Notes: generated from the letters alone by a model not told the origin. A stretch of DNA of 64,000 nt from Gammaproteobacteria bacterium (GCA_965277715.1 OZ255836.1:2752001-2816000); one strand, 5' to 3'; shown: positions 1 through 10,850, counted from the stretch's first letter. Numbers and translations are program-made.

Positions 1-17
1 ACTCGTTAGGTAACTTG

Positions 18-371
18 ATGAGCGATCGATACGATTACGAACGTATGGCCTATCGCGTGGTGCCAGACAGAAATGACCCGGTCATCCTGCAGGTGGAGGC
101 TAAATTAGTACGTGTGATTAATATCAGCGCGGGCGGTGTTTCGTGTGCATCGGAACATATTCACCCTGGCAAACACTACCCGGCACGGGTTAACCTGCCT
201 GATGAGTCGGCAGATATTCCGTGTGAACTGGAAGCGCTGTGCAAAGACAAGCGCAATCTCCTGCACTGTCGTTTTCTTGGTATGGATGCCAGGCATGTCG
301 ACAGGCTCCACCACTATGTGCTGGAACGTCAGAAAAGTGCGATTAAATCAGTACGTGAAAAAATCACCTGA
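18..371 (+). CDS. PilZ-domain c-di-GMP receptor
   Basis: RxxxR (RMAYR) and NxSxxG (NISAGG) PilZ motifs; next to c-di-GMP enzymes. Confidence 0.8.
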   Translation: MSDRYDYERMAYRVVPDRNDPVILQVEAKLVRVINISAGGVSCASEHIHPGKHYPARVNLPDESADIPCELEALCKDKRNLLHCRFLGMDARHVDRLHHYVLERQKSAIKSVREKIT

Positions 372-375
372 CTAA

Positions 376-528
376 GGAACGTGCACGAAATAATTCCCCT
401 TTTTATAAGATTATTTAAATAATGTGCCATGCGTTAATAATCCTAAATTCCGCAGTTGAATCGTAGCGAGGGCGTCTAAGGTGAATCGATATATTGACTA
501 ATCCCGAAATTTATTTCGTGCACATTCC
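376..528. mobile_element. MITE-like element, 153 bp
   Basis: 18-bp terminal IR GGAACGTGCACGAAATAA / TTATTTCGTGCACATTCC (1 mismatch), TAA on both flanks (373-375, 529-531). Confidence 0.65.
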
Positions 529-545
529 TAAAGGGCTGTATTCCC

Positions 546-2369
546 CTACGCACTCATCGGTAATAACAGCGTATCAGCCACCGGCAGGTAAGTGCCTATT
601 AATGTGCACAAAGCCTTCTCACCGACGGGCGGGCTATACAGATAACCCTGTATTTCATCACACCCCAAATCCCGTAAAATAGCGGCCTGCGTCTCTGTTT
701 CAACACCCTCGGCAATCACTTTAAGGTGCAGGGATTTAGCGATTGAAATAACCGATGTGACAATCGCCAGGCTACTCGAACAGGTGGTTAAATCCGTGAT
801 AAAAGACTGGTCTATTTTGAGGTAATCGACAGGGAATTGTGTGAGATAACTCAATGAGGAATAGCCGGTGCCAAAATCGTCAATAGCCAACTTTATCCCC
901 AGACTCTTTAGTTTTTGCATGGAATTCAACACCTGCTCTACATTGTCAACCATCACACTTTCAGTAATTTCCAACTCAAGAAATTTTTCTGCTGCGACAT
1001 CAACTTCAGCAACAGCGCGGGCGATACGCTGATGAAATGTACTGGTTTGAATTTGATAAGGCGAGACATTGACCGCTAATAGAAAAGGCGGTTTCCCCCC
1101 GGCAGACAATCGCTGGGTTAGTCGGCAAACCTGCCCGATCACCCATTCACCTACCGGCACAATAAGGCCCGATGACTCCAGTAACGGGATAAAATCACTG
1201 GGTGATACAAACCCGCGAACAGGGTGTTGCCAGCGCAATAATACCTCTGCGGCTGTTACCAATTGTGTCTTGGCATTGACGCGGGGTTGAAAGTCGAGTG
1301 ATAACTCACCGTTTTCATATGCCTGGTGTAAATCATTGTTAAGTGATAATTTTGAGTTTGCATTGGAGTACGATGCATTATCGTAAAACACTATTTTTTT
1401 CTCGGTATTATTACGTGCCTTATGCATCGCGGATAAGGCACTTTCGATTAACTGTGGCGCACTGGAGCCGTGTTTGCCATAGACACTGATACCTGCACAG
1501 ATATTAAAATACGTTTTCCCCAAAGCACTATCCTGATCACTGTAAACAGGCTGAATAAGTCTTTGAGCAAATTCAAGTATTTCATCAGTAGAACCATTTT
1601 TTATCGTCGATATGCATAGGGCATCGGTGCGCACGCGGGCCATTATATCGCTCGATCGAAGTTTACGCTTTATTTGCCCGGCGATGCTGCGAATAATATT
1701 GTTGTACTGGTTCTTACCCAGACCCTCATTAAGCAACTCATGGTCGAGTATTCCAATTGCGATGAAGATGATCTTTTGATTTGAATACGTGCATCTTTCA
1801 ATACTTTTAACTGCCCCTTTTATTAATAATTTGTTGTTGGGTAAATCAGTTTCCATATCGTAGTACTGGCTTTTATCCAGCTTCTTTGTGGTGTCATCCA
1901 ATTGTGTTGATAAGTTGGAATTCAATAAATAGAGTTCGTTGTTGGCTTCGAGTAATTGCTCACTCAAAAACTGATTTTCCTGTTCCAGTGAATATAAACT
2001 GATGCACTCCTGGATGGCATTGGCAAGCGTAAAATTATCCCACGGCTTGGCAAAGAATTTATGTACTCCGCCGTCGTTAACGGCTGATATGACACCATTA
2101 ATATCGGCTTGTCCGGTGAGTAATATGCGTTTTGTCTCTGGTTTCATCTCGCGCACCAGAAATAAAAACTCAACGCCTGACATTTCCGGCATACGGTAAT
2201 CTGAAATAACCACCGCAATGGTTTGCCCGGCGATCAATTGGAGTGCACGGCTGGTGGAGGTTGTGGTGATAACAGTCAATGGCAGATACCGCAGGCAGCG
2301 CTTGAGTGCGTTGAGGACACTCTGCTCATCATCCACGCATAAAATCGTTTGTTCAGTGGCGTTTTGCAT
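546..2369 (-). CDS. Response regulator REC-degenerate GGDEF-EAL, c-di-GMP phosphodiesterase
   Basis: REC (LCVDDE...ISDYRMP), EVLLRW, DDFGTGYSS, EGVE; GGDEF replaced by RTDAL; start set at ATG 2369 overlapping upstream stop. Confidence 0.85.
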   Translation of the reverse strand: MQNATEQTILCVDDEQSVLNALKRCLRYLPLTVITTTSTSRALQLIAGQTIAVVISDYRMPEMSGVEFLFLVREMKPETKRILLTGQADINGVISAVNDGGVHKFFAKPWDNFTLANAIQECISLYSLEQENQFLSEQLLEANNELYLLNSNLSTQLDDTTKKLDKSQYYDMETDLPNNKLLIKGAVKSIERCTYSNQKIIFIAIGILDHELLNEGLGKNQYNNIIRSIAGQIKRKLRSSDIMARVRTDALCISTIKNGSTDEILEFAQRLIQPVYSDQDSALGKTYFNICAGISVYGKHGSSAPQLIESALSAMHKARNNTEKKIVFYDNASYSNANSKLSLNNDLHQAYENGELSLDFQPRVNAKTQLVTAAEVLLRWQHPVRGFVSPSDFIPLLESSGLIVPVGEWVIGQVCRLTQRLSAGGKPPFLLAVNVSPYQIQTSTFHQRIARAVAEVDVAAEKFLELEITESVMVDNVEQVLNSMQKLKSLGIKLAIDDFGTGYSSLSYLTQFPVDYLKIDQSFITDLTTCSSSLAIVTSVISIAKSLHLKVIAEGVETETQAAILRDLGCDEIQGYLYSPPVGEKALCTLIGTYLPVADTLLLPMSA

Positions 2370-3772
2370 TAGTGATCGCTTGGCGGGGTCTGGGTGTTTC
2401 CGGCCACATAAATTATCCGTGACCCGCTGTCGTCCTCCAGACAAAGCTGGATGCGTTGTATCAATGATTCATTGAGTTGCTGGCCTTTTCTAAGCAATAA
2501 CATACCGTTATCGGCGGTAATATCCCTGGTCACCACCAGGCCGGGCACCAGATCCTGATGGTTGACTTTCATTTCTTTCAAGGTGCGTGTTTGCCCTGAG
2601 AGAGCGTTGATCACTCTGCAAAAGACGTTGACTACCTGTGGGTCGTAGCGGTTGTTTACCTGGTTTTTGATATAGGCGACGGCTTCAGCCTGCGATAACT
2701 GATCGCCGAGGAAAATGCCGTTTTGCAGATCATCGAAGTCGCTGGCGACAGCGAGGATACGTGCGCCGAGTGGAATATCCTCACCGCTGAGCCCATCGGG
2801 GAAGCCTTTGCCATTGTAGTACTCATGGTGTGAACGAATAATGATGCCGGTTTTGTCCAGGGCGTTGATAGAGAGCAGTGCGGCCTGGCCGATGCGGGGG
2901 TGTGACTGGTAGTGTTCCTGTTGCTCTTTATCCAGGCGGTTGTAGGGGGTTGTGCTCAGTTCATCTGAAAAGCCGAGCTTGCCTATATCGTGTAGTAACG
3001 CTGCATTGGCAAGGTCAGATAAAGCATCGTCATCCAGATTGAGTGCTTTGCCGATAGCCTCTGATAAGGTGGCAACGTGTTGCCCGTGCAATGAAGAGCG
3101 GCCCTCGCGCAATTCAATCAACTGTGAAAATACCGAGATCGAATGTTTATAGCTCTCTTTGAGCTGGGCAAACGATTTATTTAACAGTTTGGTTGCTTTG
3201 GCAATTTCCAGTGTGCGCGCTTTGACCTTTGTTTCAAGGTTTTCATTGAGATCGACCAATTCGCTGTTTTGCTTTTGGGTCAGGGCGGTCAGCACCGCGT
3301 GTTCATCGCGGAGTTTTTTGTGTTCGAGTGCTGAGTTGATAGTGACGACCAGCTCATCATTGTTCCAGGGTTTTGATATATAACGGTAAATTTGTGCCTT
3401 GTTGATTGCCGCGACGGTTGATTCCATGTCGGAATAGCCGGTCAATAAAATACGCAGTGTGTTGGGCCAGCGATTGAATACGTTGCCTAGTAGCTCGGCA
3501 CCGTCCATGTTGGGCATGCGCATATCTGAGATGATTAAATCGATCCCGCGCCCGGCCATTATGTCGAGTGCCTCCTGGCCGCTATTGGCGATAAGTAATT
3601 GGTAGGGTTGTTTGCGCAGTGCGCGTTTTAGGGAAGTTAGGATGCTTTGCTCATCATCCACGCAGAGTACTACCGGTTGGGGTGCCTGCCCGGTGTTTTG
3701 CAACCTGGTGTTTTGCAACCCCGGGTCCTGTGGTGTGGGGTCTTGCGTATGTGGCGTTGTCGTTGAATCCAT
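2369..3772 (-). CDS. REC + HD-GYP phosphohydrolase response regulator (RpfG-like)
   Basis: REC domain, LLHDIGK, HHEYYNGKGFPDGL (GFP variant of GYP). Confidence 0.85.
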   Translation of the reverse strand: MDSTTTPHTQDPTPQDPGLQNTRLQNTGQAPQPVVLCVDDEQSILTSLKRALRKQPYQLLIANSGQEALDIMAGRGIDLIISDMRMPNMDGAELLGNVFNRWPNTLRILLTGYSDMESTVAAINKAQIYRYISKPWNNDELVVTINSALEHKKLRDEHAVLTALTQKQNSELVDLNENLETKVKARTLEIAKATKLLNKSFAQLKESYKHSISVFSQLIELREGRSSLHGQHVATLSEAIGKALNLDDDALSDLANAALLHDIGKLGFSDELSTTPYNRLDKEQQEHYQSHPRIGQAALLSINALDKTGIIIRSHHEYYNGKGFPDGLSGEDIPLGARILAVASDFDDLQNGIFLGDQLSQAEAVAYIKNQVNNRYDPQVVNVFCRVINALSGQTRTLKEMKVNHQDLVPGLVVTRDITADNGMLLLRKGQQLNESLIQRIQLCLEDDSGSRIIYVAGNTQTPPSDH

Positions 3773-4017
3773 TGGTGTTTCTCTATAATGGGGGCGCCTG
3801 AGGCGATACGTTTGGGCAGTTGCTTACTGTATCGGCGGTTGTGCAGAATAATTTAGAGGGGGTTTTGGGTAGTGTGTTGATCGGTTTGAGATTGGGGTGT
3901 GGTGGCGCCCCGCTGATTAATACAGGTGTACGCCAACCGTTTTGATGGAATGTAGATTCAAGTATTTTATTCGGTAGCCGACAACACTATTCCATGTGCC
4001 TACCTGGATAAGCTCCT

Positions 4018-4836
4018 ATGAATAAAATAGCCGCGTTGGTTATCGCGTTTACCTTGTCACTGCCTGCAATGGCGCAGGCAGAATCACTCACCTTTAGTGT
4101 AGTGCCACAACAATCAGCCAGTAAGTTGGCACGACTTTGGTCGCCGGTGCTGGCTTATCTCAGTGAAAAATCTGGCGTGAAGCTGCAATTTACGACAGCT
4201 AAAGACATACCGACGTTTGAAAAACGCCTGTCAGAGGGGCGTTATGATATCTCTTATATGAACCCCTATCACTATACGGTGTTTAATCGACAGCCAGGGT
4301 ATGTTGCCTTTGCACGCCAAAAAGATAAGAAAATTAAAGGCATTGTTGTCGTGCGAAAAGACAGCCCGTTAACTGAGCTGTCCCAGTTGGCAGATGAAAA
4401 CCTGGCGTTTCCGTCACCGGCGGCTTTTGCGGCCAGTGTGTTGCCTCGCGCCCAATTGCAACGGGAAAATATTCACTACCAACCAAAATATGTGTCTTCA
4501 CATGATTCGGTTTACCTCGGTGTGTCCAGAGGGGTGTTCCCTGCCGGTGGTGGCGTCATGCGCACCTTTAATAACACTGACCCCGCTGTGCGGGAGAGCC
4601 TTAAAGTATTGTGGACAACCAATACCTATACCCCCCATGCCATCGCTGCACACCCAAGGGTCTCTGCGCATACCGTCGCCAAAGTACAACAGGCGATGCT
4701 GGGTATGAATGATGACCCGGCGGGACAGGCACTGTTAAAAACCATTAACTTTAAAGGGATGCAAGCTGCCGTTAATGACGACTGGAACGATGTGCGCGAC
4801 CTCGGCATTGCGCTACTCGATCAACTGGTAAAATAA
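4018..4836 (+). CDS. PhnD-like phosphate/phosphonate-binding periplasmic protein
   Basis: Signal peptide, VVPQQS N-terminus, SHDSV motif; no transporter genes adjacent. Confidence 0.75.
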   Translation: MNKIAALVIAFTLSLPAMAQAESLTFSVVPQQSASKLARLWSPVLAYLSEKSGVKLQFTTAKDIPTFEKRLSEGRYDISYMNPYHYTVFNRQPGYVAFARQKDKKIKGIVVVRKDSPLTELSQLADENLAFPSPAAFAASVLPRAQLQRENIHYQPKYVSSHDSVYLGVSRGVFPAGGGVMRTFNNTDPAVRESLKVLWTTNTYTPHAIAAHPRVSAHTVAKVQQAMLGMNDDPAGQALLKTINFKGMQAAVNDDWNDVRDLGIALLDQLVK

Positions 4837-4875
4837 ACTGTCAGTACGCACAGGCGGTTGCATGTTGGATAGCAC

Positions 4876-6507
4876 ATGTCGCTCAGGCTAAAAACCATAT
4901 TGGGGGTCGCGGCCATTGAGGCTGTTCTGCTGGTATTCTTGGTGAGCACAGTGCTGCGCTATATGCAGAATACTAACGAGGAGGGTTTGATCCAGCGCGC
5001 CGAAACGGTGGCGTCGCTGTTTGCCACCACCTCAAAAGATGCCGTGCTGTCGTATGACCTGGCCTCGCTGGAAACGTTTTCCAGCGAGGTAATGAAAAAC
5101 CCCGGCATGGTATATGCCCGCGTTATAGGGCCAGATGATGCGCTATTTGCCGAGGCGGGGGATAAACAGCAACTCAGCAAACGCTTTAAAGCCGACAGTA
5201 CCTTGCAGGGAGTAACGGGCAGTGTGTTTAACAGTTACGCAGATATTGAGGAAAGCGGGATTGTTTATGGTCGTGTAGAGGTGGGTATCAGTACCCAAAG
5301 CATCGATGTGGCGATTGCCGAGGCGCAACAATTGAGTGCGATTATCGCCGTGATTGAGATGTGCCTGGTGGCGTTGTTCTCCTATTTTCTGGGTGCTTAT
5401 TTAACCGGGCAGTTGAAATCGCTACGCCATGCGGCGCGCTCAATTTCCAAAGGCGAGCTGAATGTGGAAGTACCGATAAAAGGTAAGGATGAGATTGCCG
5501 AAGTGGCCAGTGCATTTAATCGCATGGCGGTCAACCTCAAGGCGTTTCGCAGCAAGCGGGACGAGCACGAAAAAGCGTTACAGGAACTCAATCAATCGCT
5601 TGAAGACCGCGTTGCCAGGCGCACCGCCACACTGGAAGAAAAACACCGGGAATTATCGTGCGCTTATGAGAAAATCAAAAAGGCTCAGGCGCAATTGCTG
5701 CAATCAGAGAAAATGGCCTCGGTGGGGCAGTTGGCGGCTGGCGTGGCCCATGAAATCAATAACCCGGTGGGTTTTGTCAGTAGCAACCTTGAGTCGTTGC
5801 AGGGTTATATCACCCTGTATCAAACCCTGCTTGAGCAGTATGCCGCCTACCTCAACAGTAACGATGAAGGTGAACGTGCGCGCATCGCCGGGGAGATACG
5901 GCAACTCTCTGAGGAAGAGGATGTCGACTTTGTTCACGAAGATATTACCGCCTTACTCAGCGATTCAATCGAGGGGGCAACGCGTGTGCGCGATATTGTC
6001 CAGGGCCTGAAAGATTTTTCACACGTCGATAACAGTGAGCGTCAACTGACCGACATTAATAAGTGCATCGAATCCACCTTAAAAATGGCTAACAATGAAC
6101 TGAAATACCGCTGTGAAGTGAAAACAGATTTACAGTCATTGCCGGATATCCCCTGTAATCCAGGACAACTAAACCAGGTATTACTCAATCTGGTCGTTAA
6201 CGCCAGCCATGCAATTGAAGACAAGGGGGTGATTGATATCACCACCCAGCACTGCAGTGAGCATGTCGAAATCAGGATAAAGGACAATGGCAAAGGTATT
6301 TCTCAGGAAAATATCGATAAGTTGTTTGATCCCTTTTTTACCACCAAGCCGGTTGGCCAGGGCACCGGGCTGGGCCTGGCGATTGTGTACGGTATTATTC
6401 AGGATCACGCGGGCGATATTCTGGTCGAGAGTGAGGTGGGGGTTGGCACGCAGTTCCTTATTCGGTTGCCAGTTGTCGCGGCGGAGGCTATTGTGCAGGC
6501 GGCTTAA
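4876..6507 (+). CDS. Membrane HAMP sensor histidine kinase (NtrB-type)
   Basis: Two TM segments, HAMP, AHEINNP H-box, N box, DNGKG, FDPFFTTK, GTGLGL. Confidence 0.9.
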   Translation: MSLRLKTILGVAAIEAVLLVFLVSTVLRYMQNTNEEGLIQRAETVASLFATTSKDAVLSYDLASLETFSSEVMKNPGMVYARVIGPDDALFAEAGDKQQLSKRFKADSTLQGVTGSVFNSYADIEESGIVYGRVEVGISTQSIDVAIAEAQQLSAIIAVIEMCLVALFSYFLGAYLTGQLKSLRHAARSISKGELNVEVPIKGKDEIAEVASAFNRMAVNLKAFRSKRDEHEKALQELNQSLEDRVARRTATLEEKHRELSCAYEKIKKAQAQLLQSEKMASVGQLAAGVAHEINNPVGFVSSNLESLQGYITLYQTLLEQYAAYLNSNDEGERARIAGEIRQLSEEEDVDFVHEDITALLSDSIEGATRVRDIVQGLKDFSHVDNSERQLTDINKCIESTLKMANNELKYRCEVKTDLQSLPDIPCNPGQLNQVLLNLVVNASHAIEDKGVIDITTQHCSEHVEIRIKDNGKGISQENIDKLFDPFFTTKPVGQGTGLGLAIVYGIIQDHAGDILVESEVGVGTQFLIRLPVVAAEAIVQAA

Positions 6508-6527
6508 ACGTAACGCGGTCTATTGGA

Positions 6528-7958
6528 ATGCATCTATCTGAATACACTGAATTTGACGGTATCGGGCTTGCTGCCGCGATTAAGCGGGGTGACTTTTCCC
6601 GTGAAGAGGTAGTGGAGGCATCGATTGCGGCTATCGATGCGTTCAACCCTCACCTGAATGCTGTCGTGATAAAAAACTTTGCCCCGGCACGCAAGGTGTC
6701 GACAGCGGCCATCGATGGCCCTTTATCTGGCGTACCCTTTTTACTCAAAGACGTTAACGTGTTTTCACACGATATGCCGACGACGTTTTCCAGCCGTTTT
6801 TTTAGTACAGTGCCAGCGAAACCGGACAGCGAAATTGTGCAGTGCTGGCGACAGGCCGGGCTAGTGATCATGGGTAAAACCAATACCCCGGAGTTTGCCG
6901 AAGATTATGTGTGTGAGCCGACCTTTCGCGGGCCGACACTCAACCCCTGGAACCCTGCCCTGACCGTTGGTGGTAGCAGTGGTGGTGCTGGCGCTGCGGT
7001 AGCAGCGGCTATGGTGCCCATCGCGCACGGCACCGATTTGGGCGGGTCTATCCGTATTCCCGCCGCGTGCTGTGGGGTTTTTGGGTTTAAACCGACGAGT
7101 GGCCTTAGCCCGGTCGATGCGGGTGCCGCAGAAATTGCCAGCGGCTTTAATGCAGACCATGTGTTGACCCGCAGTGTGCGAGATAGCGCCGCCGTGCTCG
7201 ATATAACGGCCAAACCACTACTGGGTAGCCGTTATCGGGTGGTGCCACAGGTGGCCTCGTACCTCGATTGCCTGCAAACACCGCTGCCCGCGCTACGCAT
7301 TGGTGTCTGCGTGCAAACCCCTACTGGCGAAACCGTGCCTGAGCGTCAGCAGCAGGCGGTGCAAAAAGTCAGCAAGCTACTTGAGGCCAGTGGCCATGAA
7401 CTGTTTGAGTATCAGTACCCCAGTGATCTGGATCTTGGCAGTTGGTCAGAAACGCTGTGGATGCTGGATGTCGTCTACGAAATTGAGCGGCAGATTGCGG
7501 CAATGGGTCGCGAGCCGGCATACGATGAGCAAGAGGCACTCACGCGCTATCTACGCGCCCGCGTCAGCACCATGACCGCCATGCAACACCATGAGGCGCG
7601 CCTGCGCGCCCACGGCAACAGCGTTAAACTGATGCAATCGATGGCGAATATGGATCTGTTATTGACCCCCGCATTGGGCAGTGACCCCATCCCACTGGGT
7701 TCGCTTGACAGCCGCACAGAGGCCTTTGATTATGAAACCTGGGCAAACCGGGGCTACGCCTTTGCGCCGTTTGCGCAGGTGTGTAACTTCACCGGTCAGC
7801 CAGCGGCATCACTGCCGGTGCAATTGACCAAAAACACCTTACCCTGTGCCGTGCAACTGGCGGGGCACACCTGCCAGGATCACCATGTGCTACAAGTCTC
7901 AGCGCAACTGGAAGAGGCACTTGGGTGGTGTGATTACCGGCCACCGATGAATATATAG
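6528..7958 (+). CDS. Amidase signature family protein
   Basis: LLKD, GKTNTPE, GGSSGG, GTDLGGSIRIPA. Confidence 0.9.
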   Translation: MHLSEYTEFDGIGLAAAIKRGDFSREEVVEASIAAIDAFNPHLNAVVIKNFAPARKVSTAAIDGPLSGVPFLLKDVNVFSHDMPTTFSSRFFSTVPAKPDSEIVQCWRQAGLVIMGKTNTPEFAEDYVCEPTFRGPTLNPWNPALTVGGSSGGAGAAVAAAMVPIAHGTDLGGSIRIPAACCGVFGFKPTSGLSPVDAGAAEIASGFNADHVLTRSVRDSAAVLDITAKPLLGSRYRVVPQVASYLDCLQTPLPALRIGVCVQTPTGETVPERQQQAVQKVSKLLEASGHELFEYQYPSDLDLGSWSETLWMLDVVYEIERQIAAMGREPAYDEQEALTRYLRARVSTMTAMQHHEARLRAHGNSVKLMQSMANMDLLLTPALGSDPIPLGSLDSRTEAFDYETWANRGYAFAPFAQVCNFTGQPAASLPVQLTKNTLPCAVQLAGHTCQDHHVLQVSAQLEEALGWCDYRPPMNI

Positions 7959-8013
7959 ACCAACCCAATAATCAATTGAACCCACTATAACTACTGAATG
8001 CACTGAAACCCCA

Positions 8014-9129
8014 TTGACAGCTTTAACCCCACAATCACACTACCAGCAGTTGCTGGATAGTGGCGAGTTTGAATACGACCCGGCTCAAGCGATCATTGTC
8101 GGTCACCTCGACCGCCTTCACCACGATCTGGTCGACGGATTGAATGCCGATAATACCGGCATCGCACGGTTTTTCTCGCTACTGAGTGGCACGCGCAGAG
8201 GGCGGGTAGTGCCGCGTGGCCTGTATATCTGGGGAGGCGTTGGCCGGGGTAAAACCCACCTGCTGGATATGTTTGTCGACGGCCTGCCATTTGACGACAA
8301 ACTGCGCGTACACTTTCACCGTTTTATGCGCCTGGTGCACGATGAACTCAATACCCTAAAAGGCGTGAGCGACCCGCTGGAAATTGTCGCCGAACGGTTT
8401 GCCAGTCGCACCCGCATCCTCTGCCTGGATGAAATGCAAGTCAGCGACATTACTGACGCGATGCTGATGGCGGGTTTATTCAAAGGCCTGTTCGAGCGCG
8501 GTGTGGCGCTGGTGACCACCTCCAACATCGCCCCGGACAACCTGTACCGCGATGGTCTGCAACGCCAGCGTTTTGTGCCCGCTATTGAATTGATTAAAAC
8601 CTACACCGATGTGGTGAATATGGACGGCGAGCTGGACTACCGATTGCGCGCCCTGGAGCAGGCTGAGATTTACCACACACCGCTGGATGCCGATACCGAT
8701 CAATTGTTGGAGGAAAATTTTCACACCATTGCCGCTGTTGAGCGGCACCGTGGTTCGTCTTCTATCATCGTCAACCACCGTGAAATCCCCGTCGTTATGT
8801 GGGCGGATGGCATCGCCTGGTTTGAGTTTTCAACCTTGTGCAATACCCCGCGCTCGAAAGACGACTACATCGAAATCGCGCAATACTTTCACAGCGTTAT
8901 CGTGGGCAACATTCCACAAATGGGCAAAATGCACGACGATGCAGCGCGGCGTTTCGTCAATATGATCGATGAATTTTACGACCGCAATATCAAGTTGATC
9001 GTCTCGGCTGACGTACCACCGGAACAACTTTATACAGGGTCGCGTTTAGGTTTTGAATTTGAACGAACGGTCAGCCGGTTGCGTGAAATGCAGTCGCTGG
9101 CGTATTTGTCGCAGGTGCATTTGAAGTAG
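8014..9129 (+). CDS. zapE: Cell division ATPase ZapE (AFG1 family)
   Basis: GLYIWGGVGRGKT, HFHRFM, LCLDE, ARRF..IDEFYD, FERTVSRL. Confidence 0.9.
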   Translation: MTALTPQSHYQQLLDSGEFEYDPAQAIIVGHLDRLHHDLVDGLNADNTGIARFFSLLSGTRRGRVVPRGLYIWGGVGRGKTHLLDMFVDGLPFDDKLRVHFHRFMRLVHDELNTLKGVSDPLEIVAERFASRTRILCLDEMQVSDITDAMLMAGLFKGLFERGVALVTTSNIAPDNLYRDGLQRQRFVPAIELIKTYTDVVNMDGELDYRLRALEQAEIYHTPLDADTDQLLEENFHTIAAVERHRGSSSIIVNHREIPVVMWADGIAWFEFSTLCNTPRSKDDYIEIAQYFHSVIVGNIPQMGKMHDDAARRFVNMIDEFYDRNIKLIVSADVPPEQLYTGSRLGFEFERTVSRLREMQSLAYLSQVHLK

Positions 9130-9250
9130 GTTAAGGGTTTAACCCAGGTTTGACACTGACGTTTTGCGGGGTGCACTCCACCGCGCTCAGAGATACCCCA
9201 CAAATCGACTTTATTGACGTGGCAGGCTTTCGTGTATTTTAGTATCAAAT

Positions 9251-10078
9251 TTACATTACCCTGGCTGTTCCAGAAATACGAATCGAACTACCACGGACAG
9301 GCGGTATTTCTGCTCTTAACAGAGAGCGCATACCCATATCCTCACCTTGTATTACATCTATCACGCCCTTGTGTGGCCATTCAATATCACGTAGATAACC
9401 AGCAAAGGCAGCCGTTGCAGCACCTGTTGCCGGATCTTCGTAAACGCCACCTGACGCAAATGGGTTACGCGTATGAAAACGTTGCGGTGTTTCTGCATAG
9501 GCTAAAAGGATAGTCACCAATTCCGCTCGATTCATCAGGTCGCGACCCAACGCAAAGTCGTACGCCATAGTGGCTAAAGCTTCTCGTGTCCTCAGCCCAA
9601 ACACGAGATGGTTTGCACCCGCATTTACAAAAGCGGGCGGAATATCAGGATCCAGATCGTCTTTTGTATAGCCAAACAAATCGAGCGCCTCCGCGACCAA
9701 TTGAGGCGACGCCTCCGTGCTGTACGTAGATGGCGACTGTAGTGCGGCTGATACAATGCCGTCATGTCGGCGGCCTTCAACCGTAATATCAGCGTCATTC
9801 AGTACCAGATTGAAAATGCCATCGCCTTTATCGAGGGCTAAAGCCGCACCGAGAGCAATTGTCGCATGACCACAAAAAGACACCTCAGATTCAAGCGAAA
9901 AATAGCGAACGCGAAAAGCTCCGTTAACGGGAGCTGCAAACGCTGTCTCTGAAAAACCCACTTCAACCGCAATTTTCTGCATATCGGCATCACTGGGGTG
10001 GCTTTCAGAAATTAAAACACCAGCGGGATTTCCACCTTTATCGCCATCTGAAAAAGCAGCAATCTTTTGAGTATTCAT
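9251..10078 (-). CDS. PhzF family isomerase/epimerase
   Basis: AF...GGNPAGV, SETAF, EVSFCGHAT, EDPATG. Confidence 0.9.
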   Translation of the reverse strand: MNTQKIAAFSDGDKGGNPAGVLISESHPSDADMQKIAVEVGFSETAFAAPVNGAFRVRYFSLESEVSFCGHATIALGAALALDKGDGIFNLVLNDADITVEGRRHDGIVSAALQSPSTYSTEASPQLVAEALDLFGYTKDDLDPDIPPAFVNAGANHLVFGLRTREALATMAYDFALGRDLMNRAELVTILLAYAETPQRFHTRNPFASGGVYEDPATGAATAAFAGYLRDIEWPHKGVIDVIQGEDMGMRSLLRAEIPPVRGSSIRISGTARVM

Positions 10079-10299
10079 AGCACTTTACCTTTCCGGTTCA
10101 CGATTCATAAGAATGGCACTTGACAATATACTACACAGGCTCCTGATATGTAGTGACTTGTGTGCAAGTTAATACATGGGGTCTAAACCTACTTTGGAGG
10201 AATGAGAAAAGCCCGCATTGCCTGCACTGTAAGGAGGTTTACCTTCTATTTGACGGTTATTAATCACCTGGCAGGCCTCACTGAATCGGCGGCAACCCC

Positions 10300-10458
10300 T
10301 GTTCTTTTTGCGCAGCCAATTCGTAGTTATCAGAGATAGCGCAAAAACAAAAACGACAGCATATAGTCGCGAAAGTCATCGGCATTCATCGCGCCGCGTA
10401 GCTGATCGGCAATATCCCAGAGGGTTTTACCGAGGTGGTTGAGTTGTTCTTGGGTCAT
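10300..10458 (-). pseudogene. hsdM: Type I restriction-modification HsdM N-terminal fragment
   Basis: Manual translation MTQEQLNHLGKTLWDIADQLRGAMNADDFRDYMLSFLFLRYL, then frameshift/stop; not in the ORF track. Confidence 0.75.
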
Positions 10459-10850
10459 GGTGCGTCGTGTGTTGCCAGGTTGCTAATCGATTGAGCGATG
10501 TTTGATCTTATTTTCCAACGCCTTGAGCTCTGCTTCATCGGCTTGGTCGGCCTCCAGCGCCTCTTGCGCTTTGCGGCGTTGATCAAAGCCAATATAAAAC
10601 TCGCTGGTCTGTAGAGTTTGGTTCGGTAGGCCTTGCCGTCCGAGGCAGTTGTCAAGGATTCCTTGACAACTGCCTCGGGAGTCAACTCGCCACCAGCAAA
10701 GATGTTTTTCAAGTGCAGCGCAATGTTCTGCTTGGTGGCATTGAACAGTTCCGCCATTTCCAGTTGGGTCAGCCAGGCCGTATCACCCTGCGCCCGCAAC
10801 TGGATCTTGCCGCTACCGTCTTCCGTGGTGTAGAGGATGAGTTCGCTCAT
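10455..10850 (-). pseudogene. RhuM-family protein, internally deleted
   Basis: ILYTTEDG...WLTQLEMAELF..TKQNI..HLKNIF..GEL N-terminus then abrupt change; ATGA overlap with hsdM fragment. Confidence 0.7.

Noticed and set aside
10111-10121. GAATGGCACTT, matching the IS4-B IR start
   Set aside because: Only 11 bp, no partner IR or GGGTCA-N5 flank; may be chance or a tiny scar
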